Assembly: GCA_964484655.1 (NCBI GenBank)
Contig: CAZAFA010000003.1
Coordinates: 28,147-92,146, forward strand
Direction: 5' to 3'
Source of the DNA: an uncultured Candidatus Saccharibacteria bacterium
Lineage (GTDB): Bacteria > Patescibacteriota > Minisyncoccia > UBA6257 > 2-01-FULL-56-20
Length of the DNA stretch: 64,000 bases
In this document: positions 45,915 to 55,267 of the stretch, in pieces
Layout: each line of letters begins with the position of its first letter
Position numbering within the stretch: the stretch's first letter is position 1
Program-made: the position numbers and the translations under genes
Notes under the pieces: model-generated
Databases searched by the model: none
What the model was told of the DNA's origin: nothing
Seen by the model: only the letters and a program-made list of their open reading frames with translations

Positions 45915-45926
45915 AATGCACCCTGC

Positions 45927-47234
45927 ATGACGCTCCGCACGCGCCGCATATTCTTCTGGTCGCTTATCCCCTGCTTCGTCGTGGGCGGGGCGGCCGCGGT
46001 GCTCTACTCCCAGGGATACCGTATCGACACCGAGACCCGGCAGGTCGCCAAGGTCGGTGCCCTTTTCGTGCGCGGCTTCCCGAAGACGGCGCACATCACG
46101 CTCGACGGCGAGACGCTCAACACGGGATCGTGGTGGCCCCTCCAGAGCGGCACGCTCGTCGGCAGTCTCGTGCCCGGAACATACAGCCTCCATGCCGAAG
46201 CGCCCGGCTTCCGGACCTGGGACGCGGAGGTGGTGATCCGTCCCGCGCTCGTCACCGAGCGCAAGTCGCTCATCCTCTTCCCTGACCGGCAGGTCCCGCT
46301 CGTCATGGCTACCGGCACGGCTGCCGCGGACATCGACGCTCCGGACGACTTCGAGCGCCCGGTCGTGATCACCGGCGCGGACAATCCGCGCGCGGTCGTC
46401 GGGACCGCGGCGGTGCCAGGCACGTACGTGGGCACGGTGAACGGGAAGCTCGCGCTCACCTCGGCGGTGCGCCGCGGCAAGGTCACCGGCCAGATCCTCA
46501 CCCTCCAGGCCCCGACTGAACCCGCGGCCACGACCGTCACCCTGCAGGGCGAGGGCGAGACCGCCGTCATGGCCGATTCCGTGCTCCACCGCGAGAGCAG
46601 CCGCCTGATCGCTGCTTACGACGGCTCCACTGGCCGCCGTACGGTGTTCGCCTCCTCTACGGACCCGATCGGCGCCTATATCCGGACGTCCTCCGTGGAC
46701 GCCTGGCAGACGCTGGGCGCCCGCCCGCAGCTGCAGATCCGCCGCAGAGGAGCCACCTCCGTCATCGCTATCCCCCTGGGCGAGATCGCGTCCATACAGC
46801 GCTCCGGGGCGGCCCTGGGAATCGCCGGCAAGAACGGCAGCCTCTGGCTCGTCAACCCCGACTCGGGCGCCATCCAGGAGATCGGACACCGCGCGGCGCA
46901 CGCCTCCTGGAAGGATGATGGGAGCGCCGTCGCCGCCATCATCGACGACCAGATCGAGGTCATCCCGCTCAAGCGCGACGTGCCGCACGGCAGGCTCTCC
47001 GGAATCCTCGATCGCGCGGACAAGGTCCGCCGCATCGCCTGGTACCCGGACGGCGAGCATCTCTTCGTCGAGACCTCGGAGGCGCTCCTGTTCGCCGACG
47101 TCATCGACGGAAGCACAGCAGAGCAGCACGCATACCGACTGCCCCTTCCGGACGCATGGTCCTATTCCGACAGGAACAAGGCGCTCTACGTCATCCGCGG
47201 CGGCGCCGCGCTCAGCTACGTGTTCCCCGACTAG
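45927..47234 (+). CDS. Membrane-anchored protein with a PEGA-like domain and a C-terminal beta-propeller-like (TolB/WD40-like) region
   Basis: N-terminal TM IFFWSLIPCFVVGGAAAVLY. VRGFPKTAHITLDGETLNTGSW...GTYSL resembles PEGA. C-terminal ...IAWYPDGEHLF... The opposite-strand ORF 45753..47129 looks like a GC-driven artefact. Confidence 0.5.
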   Translation: MTLRTRRIFFWSLIPCFVVGGAAAVLYSQGYRIDTETRQVAKVGALFVRGFPKTAHITLDGETLNTGSWWPLQSGTLVGSLVPGTYSLHAEAPGFRTWDAEVVIRPALVTERKSLILFPDRQVPLVMATGTAAADIDAPDDFERPVVITGADNPRAVVGTAAVPGTYVGTVNGKLALTSAVRRGKVTGQILTLQAPTEPAATTVTLQGEGETAVMADSVLHRESSRLIAAYDGSTGRRTVFASSTDPIGAYIRTSSVDAWQTLGARPQLQIRRRGATSVIAIPLGEIASIQRSGAALGIAGKNGSLWLVNPDSGAIQEIGHRAAHASWKDDGSAVAAIIDDQIEVIPLKRDVPHGRLSGILDRADKVRRIAWYPDGEHLFVETSEALLFADVIDGSTAEQHAYRLPLPDAWSYSDRNKALYVIRGGAALSYVFPD

Positions 47235-47669
47235 GCCGGAGATACGCCCACGCGGCCGTCAAAGCGCCTCCGAGCAGGTCCAGCGCGAGATCCTTCATCG
47301 TGTCCCATCGCAGGTTGAACGGCGGCTGGTCGAGAAGGCGGGGCACGTCGGCCCAGGTGGCTCCCCAGGCCCGCAGGCGCGACGCATCGGCCGCCAGTTC
47401 CAGGAACTCCCAGAGGATGCCGACGAGCGCGACGAAGCAGACGAGGCCGAATGCCTGCGCCCACCGCGGCAGCGCCGCGTAGCCGCGGATGCGGTCCCGG
47501 TACGCATACGCGAGCCATGCCACGAGGACGCCGCCGCCGAGGTGCGCGACGATATCGATCCACGGATAGTCGTAATACCAGCCGCGCTGGTTCGCGAGCA
47601 GGTGCAGGAAAGCGAAACCCGCCACGTACGCTCCAAGCGATACGGGCGGGCTCTTGCGGGATACAGCGC

Positions 47670-47685
<16 letters not shown>
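47212..47685 (-). CDS. Hypothetical membrane protein (up to 157 aa, start uncertain)
   Basis: Hydrophobic ORF upstream of rpsI. No family assigned. Confidence 0.4.
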
Positions 47686-48060
<375 letters not shown>

Positions 48061-48074
<14 letters not shown>

Positions 48075-48408
48075 TGAAAGAAAGCTGGTTCATGCGGCGC
48101 GCGTTCAGGAAGTTCTTGGGGAGCATGCGGCGGACGGCCTCGCGGATGACCTTCTCCGGGCTCTTGGCGAAGGCCTCGGCATACGTGCGCTCCTTGAGGT
48201 GGCCCATGTAGCCGGTGTGGCGGTAGTAGACCTTCGTCTCTTCCTTGGTGCCGCCGATCTCGATCTTGGACGGGTTCTCGATCACGACCGTGTCCTCGGT
48301 GACGCGGTTCGGCTGGTAGTCCGGGCGATGCTTGCCCTGCAGGATCTTAGCGGCTTCCGTCGCGAGACGGCCGAGGCGCTTCCCTGATGCGTCGATGCGG
48401 TACTCCAT
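48061..48408 (-). CDS. rplM: 50S ribosomal protein L13
   Basis: MEYRIDASGKRLGRLATEAAKILQGKH... Confidence 0.85.
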
Positions 48409-48410
48409 GG

Positions 48411-48764
48411 TTATACGAACTCGATGATGGCACGGGAGGCGCCGTCGCGCTTGCGCGCGCCCATGAGCTTCTGGATGCGGAGGTAGCCCCCCGGACGCTC
48501 CTTGTAGCGGGGCGCGATGTCCTCGACGAGGCGGCGCGCCGTCTCGGCGTTGGCGAGACGTGAGATCACCTCGCGGCGGCTGGCGAGATCCCCGCGGCGG
48601 GCGATGCTCACGAGGCGCTCGACCATGGGACGGATGGCCTTAGCGCGCGTCTCCGTGGTCTCGATGCGGCCCGAGCGGATCAGGTTGCTCGCGAGGCCGC
48701 GCATGAAAGCCACGCGCTGACCCTTCAGGCGATGGAACTTGCGGCCGACGCGGCGATGCTGCAT
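48411..48764 (-). CDS. rplQ: 50S ribosomal protein L17
   Basis: MQHRRVGRKFHRLKGQRVAFMRGLASNLI... Confidence 0.9.
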   Translation of the reverse strand: MQHRRVGRKFHRLKGQRVAFMRGLASNLIRSGRIETTETRAKAIRPMVERLVSIARRGDLASRREVISRLANAETARRLVEDIAPRYKERPGGYLRIQKLMGARKRDGASRAIIEFV

Positions 48765-48794
48765 GGGATGCGGTTACGTGATTGCCGGGGTACC

Positions 48795-49499
48795 TTACTC
48801 GGTATCTGCGGACTTGGCCAGGATGCGCTCGAAGTGCTCCCGGAGGACCTTGGCGGCATGCTCGACGGCTGCCGACGGGGCGACCGTGCCGTCCGTCTCG
48901 ACGTCGAGCTTCACGCGGTTGAAGTCCGTCCGTTTGCCGACGCGCATGTCCTCGACGGACACGTTCGCCGAGACGACCGGGGAGAAGATGCCGTCCACGC
49001 CGATGGCGCCGATCGGGAGCTTCTCCTGGTGATGCACCTCGCTCGGGACGTAGCCCATGCCGCGCTCGACCGTGATCTCGACGTTGAGGTCGGCCGACTT
49101 CGCGGTCAGGTGCCCGAGGACGAGGTCGGGGTTCGCGAGCGTGACGTCGCTGGTGAGCTTGATGTCGGCGCCGGTGATCGGGCCCTCACCCTTCTTGTGC
49201 AGGACGAGCACGACCGGCTCCTGGCTGTGCGAGGCGAAGCGGAGCTTCTTGAAGTTGAGCGAGAACTCCACGAGGTCCTCCTTGAGGCCAGGGAAGGTCG
49301 AGAACTCGTGGTTCGCGTTCTTCACCTTGATCATGGTGACGGCAGCGCCCGGGAGCGAGGTCAGGAGCACGCGGCGCAGCGCCGTGCCGATGGTGAGGCC
49401 GTAGCCAGCCTCGAGACCCTCAATGGCGAAGGAGCCGCGGGAGGCGTCCTCGGAAAGGGTCTTGAGTACGACGTGGTCGCTGAGGTGTGAGGTATCCAT
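48795..49499 (-). CDS. rpoA: DNA-directed RNA polymerase alpha subunit, N-terminal domain only (234 aa, no alpha-CTD)
   Basis: Alpha-NTD motifs (...IEGLEAGYGLTIGTALRRVLLTSLPGAAVT...). The ORF stops 30 nt before rplQ. No linker or CTD is encoded. Confidence 0.8.
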   Translation of the reverse strand: MDTSHLSDHVVLKTLSEDASRGSFAIEGLEAGYGLTIGTALRRVLLTSLPGAAVTMIKVKNANHEFSTFPGLKEDLVEFSLNFKKLRFASHSQEPVVLVLHKKGEGPITGADIKLTSDVTLANPDLVLGHLTAKSADLNVEITVERGMGYVPSEVHHQEKLPIGAIGVDGIFSPVVSANVSVEDMRVGKRTDFNRVKLDVETDGTVAPSAAVEHAAKVLREHFERILAKSADTE

Positions 49500-49518
49500 G
49501 GGAATAAGTATAGAGGGA

Positions 49519-50136
49519 CTACTTGGAGAATGATTCGACGACGAGCGGGATCTGGAACGTGACCTCGATGTCGCTCGGGAGCGCCGTGACCTGCGCAGCC
49601 AGGTCGCCCGCCTTAACCTGGAGCCAGTACGGGGACTCGTGCTTCTCGAGCGAGCCCTTGAGCTCGCGGAACGCGGCGCGCTCGCGCGAGTTCGGGTAGA
49701 CCGCGATGACGTCGCCGACCTTCACGACGAAGTTCGGGGACTTGGTGCGCACGCCGTTGACGGCGATATGACCGTCGAGCACGTACTTGCGCGCGACCGA
49801 GCGTCCCGGCGCGATGCCGGCGCGGTAGACGGCGTTGTCGAGCCGACGCTCGAGGAGCTCCACCAGCTTGCGGCTGACGTCTCCCTTCGCCTTGCTCGCG
49901 AGCTTCATGACCGAGCGGAGGCCGCCTTCGTCGATGCGGTACGTGAGCTTCACCTTCTGCTTCTCTTGGAGCTGGAGGCCGAAGTCGGACACGTTCCGGC
50001 GGCGGCGGCTGTTGCCGTGCTGGCCGGGCTTGTACGGGCGCCGATGGAGCGCCGACTTCGGGCCGATGGAGCGCTCCGCCTTGAGCTGCAGCGATTCGCC
50101 GAGCGCGCGTTCCTTCCTTTGCTTGGGTCCCATCAT
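49519..50136 (-). CDS. rpsD: 30S ribosomal protein S4
   Basis: Sequence and alpha-operon order. Confidence 0.9.
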   Translation of the reverse strand: MMGPKQRKERALGESLQLKAERSIGPKSALHRRPYKPGQHGNSRRRRNVSDFGLQLQEKQKVKLTYRIDEGGLRSVMKLASKAKGDVSRKLVELLERRLDNAVYRAGIAPGRSVARKYVLDGHIAVNGVRTKSPNFVVKVGDVIAVYPNSRERAAFRELKGSLEKHESPYWLQVKAGDLAAQVTALPSDIEVTFQIPLVVESFSK

Positions 50137-50148
50137 GTCTTTGGTGTG

Positions 50149-50565
50149 TTATACGCGGCGGACTTTCTTCGGCTTCGGACCGTTGTGCGGGACCGGCGTG
50201 ACGTCCTTGAATGAGGCGATGTTGAAGCCCTGCGCGACGAACGAGCGCATGGCGGAATCGCGTCCTCCCCCGCTTCCCTTCACGAGGATCTCGAGGTCGG
50301 TGATCTTCTTCTGCTTCAGCTTCTCGGTGAGGGTCGCCACGATCTTCGACGAGGCGAATGGGGTCGCCTTCTTCGGGCCGCTGAACCCGAGGCTGCCCGC
50401 GGTCGCCCAGGCGATCACCCCGCCCTTGAGGTCCGTGACGGTCACCACCGTGTTGTTGTACGAGGCGTTGATATAGACACGCGCCGAGCCGCCCTTCTTC
50501 GGGACGCGGACCGGAGCGGCCTGCTCCTGGTTCTCGGCGACGGGGGTGGTGATCTCTTCTGCCAT
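50149..50565 (-). CDS. rpsK: 30S ribosomal protein S11
   Basis: Sequence and alpha-operon order. Confidence 0.9.
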   Translation of the reverse strand: MAEEITTPVAENQEQAAPVRVPKKGGSARVYINASYNNTVVTVTDLKGGVIAWATAGSLGFSGPKKATPFASSKIVATLTEKLKQKKITDLEILVKGSGGGRDSAMRSFVAQGFNIASFKDVTPVPHNGPKPKKVRRV

Positions 50566-50569
50566 GGGA

Positions 50570-50950
50570 TTACTTCAGTGCGACCTTCCGCTTGCCGCTG
50601 CCTGCGGTCTTGCGGACGTTGCCGCGGACGGTACGGGAGTTGGTCTTGGTGCGCTGGCCGCGCGTCGGGAGGCGGCGGGAATGCCTGCTGCCACGATAGG
50701 TGCCCAGGTCCTTGAGGCGCTGGACGTTCGTCTTCACGTACTGGCGGAGCTCGCCCTCCACGCGCACGTTCTCGAGGCTGTTCTGGATCTTCGTGATCTC
50801 GTCGGTGGTCAGGTCCGCGGCCCGCTTCTTCGGGTCGATCTTGGTCGATTCCACGATGCGCGTCGCCGTCACCGGACCGATGCCGTACACGTACGTCAGC
50901 GCGATGGTGACGCGCTTGTTGTCCGGGATGTTGACGCCGAGGAGACGCAT
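50570..50950 (-). CDS. rpsM: 30S ribosomal protein S13
   Basis: MRLLGVNIPDNKRVTIALTYVYGIGPVTA... Confidence 0.9.
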   Translation of the reverse strand: MRLLGVNIPDNKRVTIALTYVYGIGPVTATRIVESTKIDPKKRAADLTTDEITKIQNSLENVRVEGELRQYVKTNVQRLKDLGTYRGSRHSRRLPTRGQRTKTNSRTVRGNVRKTAGSGKRKVALK

Positions 50951-50971
50951 GGGTGTGTAGTGAGGTGTTGG

Positions 50972-51088
50972 CTAGCCCTGACGCTGCTTATGCTTGGGGT
51001 TCTTCTTGCAGATGACGAAAAGGACGCCCTCGCGCTTAACCACCTGGCAGGCGTTGCACATCGTCTTAATGGAGCTGCGTACCTTCAT
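50972..51088 (-). CDS. rpmJ: 50S ribosomal protein L36 (38 aa, zinc ribbon)
   Basis: Hand-translated [38 protein letters not shown]. Below the ORF-track length cutoff. Confidence 0.8.
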   Translation of the reverse strand: MKVRSSIKTMCNACQVVKREGVLFVICKKNPKHKQRQG

Positions 51089-51103
51089 GGATGGTCAGGG
51101 GGG

Positions 51104-51337
51104 TCAGTGACGCCGCACGATGCGGCCGCGCTTACGGTCCGGCGCCAAGACCACGGCGACGCGGTCTCCGGCCAGAACCCGGATACGGTTGATCTTCATC
51201 CTTCCGGCGATCTTGGCGATCACGGGATGCTGGATGCCGGGAATCTCAATGAGGAACTCGAGGCCCGGCAGCGCCTCCTTCACGATACCGTCCACCGCTT
51301 CTGCGGGGACATTGATCGCGAGTCGGGGACGAGGCAT
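51104..51337 (-). CDS. infA: Translation initiation factor IF-1
   Basis: ORF 51104..51496 trimmed to MPRPRL... S1-like ...VIAKIAGRMKINRIRVLAGDRVAVVLAPDRKRGRIVRR. Confidence 0.75.
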   Translation of the reverse strand: MPRPRLAINVPAEAVDGIVKEALPGLEFLIEIPGIQHPVIAKIAGRMKINRIRVLAGDRVAVVLAPDRKRGRIVRRH

Positions 51338-51387
51338 ATAGGGCGTAAGCGGGGTGAGAGTACCGTGGACGTTCGGATGCGTCAACT

Positions 51388-53076
51388 CTACTTGATCTCC
51401 AGGCGTACCTTCGCGGGGTCGGCCGGCAGCGTGAAGCGCCAGAAGGGCCTGACCGACACCGAGCCCTCCTTGAACTGCTCCTGCGAGCGTAGCCATTCGG
51501 CCGCCTCGCCGCGGCTCTTGCCCGCCACCTCCGCGCGGATGCTTTCCTCGGTCGCCTGGCCGATCACGCTCCCCCGGACGGTCACCTTGAAGGTGAGGCG
51601 GCCGTTGGCGAGATCCGGCTGCACGTCGCTGTAACCGACCTCGTAGCTGCGGAACGTCGCTGGGTAGTTGATGCCCTTCTCGGACGTGGCGCGCTTGAGA
51701 AGGAGGGCCTTGAGGTCGTCCTCCTTGAAGGCGAGGCCGCGGAGCGTCGCCTGGCCGACGACATTGAAGTTGCCTGACGCGTCCACCTCCTTGTTGACCG
51801 TCAGCTGACGCTGCTCGATCTGGATCGCACCCTCGATGAGCGCGAGCGCCTCCGGCTTCGAGGAGAGCAGCTTCGTCTTGAACGTGCCGATGAGGATGTC
51901 GTTGATCTTCGCGAGCGCGCCTTCGGCATCGGCGTCGGTCACGACCCGCTCGCTCGGCGGCGTGGTCGACTGCGCAGGCTTGGCCTCGGGCGCCGCCGGC
52001 TTGCTCAGAACGCCGTAGAAGAGGTTCGCTTTCGGCGAGCCCGCGAGGCCCGGGACCGTCAGCCGCTCGCCGTCGCTGCTTCCCGTGAGGACCGCCTCTG
52101 AATCGGGTGTCACCTCGACCGACGCCGTGCCCGGCGTCAGCTTGTCGCCGTCCTTCTTCGCCGCCGGGATCGCGACGGCCGTCGCGGCGCGGAATACGCC
52201 CGCCTTGCCCTGGAAGCGGGTCCGTACCACGAACGTCTCCGCCTCGAGGCTCTCGTTGTAGACGGTCACCTTCGGACGCGCGCCGGCCGGCACGCTGCTC
52301 GCGCCTGGCTCGCCGGTCGCCGGGAACGGCTGCGCGACATTCAGGGGCGGGCTCGTCTCGAAGAGCTGGCCCGGGATCGAGCCCGTCTCGACGGTCGTCG
52401 TCGTGACCGACGTCGCGGCGACCACGGTGCCCGAATACTCCCAGGGCGTCTCAGCCAGCGTCACCGCTACCGATCCCGAGCGCATGAAACCCTCGCCGAT
52501 GCCAACGACTAGCGCGATGGCGATCAGGGCGGCGGCGATGGCGCGCGGGCGCGAGAGGCGCATGCGGCGCTCCTTGCGCGGCCGGTCCTCGACCGTCACC
52601 GGCTGCGCCTCGTACGAAGGGCGCGCGGCGACCGGCGTCGGCACCGGATGGTCGTGCGGCGGCAGCGGGTTCTCTTCGGCGTCGTCGTCATGCACGATCA
52701 CCGGCTGCAGCTCCGCGCGATGCGGGCGTGGCGCGTGCTCCGCATGCCGCGCGGCGACCGCGGGATGACGCGTCGTGTGCTTGGTCGCCTGCACGCCGTC
52801 GAGCGCCAGATGGCGCTTGTCAGCGCGGAAGAACGGATGCACCGTCTCGAGATGCGCCGCGTGCGCGAGCGAGAGCAGCTCCTCGTCCACCGACTCGATG
52901 GCGACGGCGATGCCGCGCTCGGCGGCCAGGTCGCCGATCTGGGAAAGCTGCTCGCGGTCGGCGAGCGCAGATCCGCGCGGCGCGACCACCGTCAGGGCGC
53001 TCTCATTGAACGCGTTGAGTGCTTCGATGACGCGTTCAGCGGTCTCGTCGCGCGTCAGGATGAGTTTTCGTGCCAT
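51388..53076 (-). CDS. Hypothetical 562-aa protein with a central TM segment and Ala/Pro/Thr-rich linkers
   Basis: ORF only. No recognisable catalytic motif. Lies between infA and the mraY-proximal gene. Confidence 0.45.
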   Translation of the reverse strand: MARKLILTRDETAERVIEALNAFNESALTVVAPRGSALADREQLSQIGDLAAERGIAVAIESVDEELLSLAHAAHLETVHPFFRADKRHLALDGVQATKHTTRHPAVAARHAEHAPRPHRAELQPVIVHDDDAEENPLPPHDHPVPTPVAARPSYEAQPVTVEDRPRKERRMRLSRPRAIAAALIAIALVVGIGEGFMRSGSVAVTLAETPWEYSGTVVAATSVTTTTVETGSIPGQLFETSPPLNVAQPFPATGEPGASSVPAGARPKVTVYNESLEAETFVVRTRFQGKAGVFRAATAVAIPAAKKDGDKLTPGTASVEVTPDSEAVLTGSSDGERLTVPGLAGSPKANLFYGVLSKPAAPEAKPAQSTTPPSERVVTDADAEGALAKINDILIGTFKTKLLSSKPEALALIEGAIQIEQRQLTVNKEVDASGNFNVVGQATLRGLAFKEDDLKALLLKRATSEKGINYPATFRSYEVGYSDVQPDLANGRLTFKVTVRGSVIGQATEESIRAEVAGKSRGEAAEWLRSQEQFKEGSVSVRPFWRFTLPADPAKVRLEIK

Positions 53077-53091
53077 GTGCTGGTAAGTTGG

Positions 53092-54219
53092 TTAGATGCC
53101 TTCCGCGGTGCCGAGCCAGGCGATGCGCCTGCGCAGCCACGCGTTCAGGCCGCTATAGCGCTCACTATAATAGAACTCCGCGAACGCGGCCAGGGCGAGC
53201 ACGCTCGCCTCGCCGTCGAACTCGAGCCCGGTGGCGCGCAGCGCGGCCTGCGCATCCAGATCCTCGAGGACGACGCTCCCCTCGGTGGACGGGATGCGGA
53301 TATCGCTCGCGACCGGCAGCGGACCCCTAGCGCGCGCCTTGCGCAGCTCCTCGTCGAGCGCGGCTCGCGGCGCAGCGATCGCCTCGTCGACAGCACGGCG
53401 CACCGACCCGGCAGTCAATCCGGCAACGTGCACCGCGAGCAGGTCGGCGGCAGCCCTGCGCGAGAGGCCCCAGCGCAGCTCGAGTTCGCGCGCGAGGTCG
53501 TTCGGCGACCAGGAAAGCGGACTGCGCGCGATCTCGCGCACCGCGTCGCGGCGCGCATCGGCCGCGAGCACGACCGGATTCCCCTGCGCGAGCAGCACCG
53601 CCGGCGCAACGGCGCTGTGCCCGGCGACCAGCGACCACGCCGGGTCTGCGAAATACGGCGCCGGCGCCGCTTCGCGCGCGCGCTCGAATGTCTCGCGCGC
53701 GACGAAGCGCACGGTCACGTCGAGCTCCACCGGGCTCCCGGTCAGGTCGCTCGGGTCGAGGACCTCGGCGCCGTTGACGCGCACCGAGTCAACGCGGAAC
53801 GAGGCGAGGACCGCGTCTATCGGATCGACGCCGAGCTGAGCGGCGACGCGCGGGCGCTGCTCCGCCCAGAGCGAGACCTGCAGCTTCTTGAGAGCCTCCT
53901 GGAACTCGGCCAGGTGCACCCGCATCAGCGGATGCTCGCGCTCGAAGGACACGGGCAGCGAGAGCGTGACCACGCCGAGCGCCGGACTCGCGACCACCGC
54001 CGGCGGCAGGTAGCGCGCGATGGCGGGGTGCATCGGCCGGAGCCGGTCCCACGGAACGTCCGTTTCCGACTCGAGGAGCTGCAGGCGATGGCCGTCGCGC
54101 GCTATGGCGAACAGGTACGCGTCGGCGGACGGCCCGTTCGGCACGAGCACGAGCGCGCGGTCGCGCCTGTTCGTTGCGAGGCGCGCGTGCCGGATGATGC
54201 TGTGCAGCGTACGTATCAC
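53092..54219 (-). CDS. Hypothetical 375-aa protein (GTG start) directly downstream of mraY
   Basis: ORF MIRTLHSIIRHARLATNRRDRALVLVPNGPSADAYLFAIARDG... No confident family. Confidence 0.45.
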   Translation of the reverse strand: MIRTLHSIIRHARLATNRRDRALVLVPNGPSADAYLFAIARDGHRLQLLESETDVPWDRLRPMHPAIARYLPPAVVASPALGVVTLSLPVSFEREHPLMRVHLAEFQEALKKLQVSLWAEQRPRVAAQLGVDPIDAVLASFRVDSVRVNGAEVLDPSDLTGSPVELDVTVRFVARETFERAREAAPAPYFADPAWSLVAGHSAVAPAVLLAQGNPVVLAADARRDAVREIARSPLSWSPNDLARELELRWGLSRRAAADLLAVHVAGLTAGSVRRAVDEAIAAPRAALDEELRKARARGPLPVASDIRIPSTEGSVVLEDLDAQAALRATGLEFDGEASVLALAAFAEFYYSERYSGLNAWLRRRIAWLGTAEGI

Positions 54220-54223
54220 GCTA

Positions 54224-55267
54224 TCAGAAGAAGCGGGCGAGGAAGTAGAGCAGCAGGCCGAGGACGCTCGCGATCGCCGAGACGATCCAGAAGCGCATCG
54301 TCACCTGGGTCTCCGGCCATCCGAGCGCCTCGAAGTGGTGGTGCACCGGAGCGGAGCGGAAGACCTTCCGCTTGAACACCTTCTTGCTGAAGACCTGGAT
54401 GATGACCGACAGCGACTCGAAGACGAGGATTATCGCGAACAGCGGCAGGAAGAGCGCCGAGTTGGTCAGCATCGCGATCGTGCCGATGGTGATGCCGATC
54501 GCCATCGATCCCGTATCGCCCATGAAGAACCGCGCGGGATAGATGTTGTACCAGAGGAACGCGAGCAGCGCGCCCACGAGCGCGCCGCCGAATACCGCGA
54601 GGTCGAAGCGGCCGATCGAGAAGGCCACGGCCACGAGCGCGAGGATCGTGAACAGGGAGGTGCCGCCGAGCAGGCCGTCCAGGCCGTCCGTCTCGTTCGC
54701 GGAGAAGGCCGAGGCGATCAGGACGAGCATGAACAGCGGCACGTACCACCAGCCGATCGCGAACGAGCCGAGGAACGGCACCTGGATCACGTCGAAGCCC
54801 AGACGGACGTAGAACCACCATGCGCCGAGCGCGGCGAGCGCGGTGTAGACCAGGATCTTGTGCTTGACCGTCAGTCCCCCGCCCTTGCCCCCGCCCTTGC
54901 GCCGGGCATTGAACCAGTCGTCGAGGAATCCGAGCGTGCCCGCGAGCACGAGCGCCGCGAGCGGCAGGTAGGTCTCGGCGCGCGAGACGAAGTTCAGGTA
55001 CTCGAAGATGCCGTCGAAGACGGTGCCGAACGCCCAGAGGATGAGCGCGATCCCGGTCACGGTCCCCCAGATGATGACGCCGCCGCCGTTGAGCGTTCCC
55101 GCCTTCTTCTGGTGCAGTTGGCTGAACACCGGCGTCTCCTCGCCGGTGCGGATGCTCTTGCCGAAGCCGAGACGCTCGAGGATCTCGAGCCAGAAGGGCG
55201 TCGCGATGAGCGCTACGAGGAACGCGAGCGTCGTGACGGAGATGATGCGGATGCCTTCGGCGATCAC
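54224..55267 (-). CDS. mraY: Phospho-N-acetylmuramoyl-pentapeptide transferase MraY
   Basis: ORF 54224..55516 trimmed to a GTG that overlaps the upstream stop (GTGA). MGDTGS, HHHFE motifs. Confidence 0.85.
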   Translation of the reverse strand: MIAEGIRIISVTTLAFLVALIATPFWLEILERLGFGKSIRTGEETPVFSQLHQKKAGTLNGGGVIIWGTVTGIALILWAFGTVFDGIFEYLNFVSRAETYLPLAALVLAGTLGFLDDWFNARRKGGGKGGGLTVKHKILVYTALAALGAWWFYVRLGFDVIQVPFLGSFAIGWWYVPLFMLVLIASAFSANETDGLDGLLGGTSLFTILALVAVAFSIGRFDLAVFGGALVGALLAFLWYNIYPARFFMGDTGSMAIGITIGTIAMLTNSALFLPLFAIILVFESLSVIIQVFSKKVFKRKVFRSAPVHHHFEALGWPETQVTMRFWIVSAIASVLGLLLYFLARFF

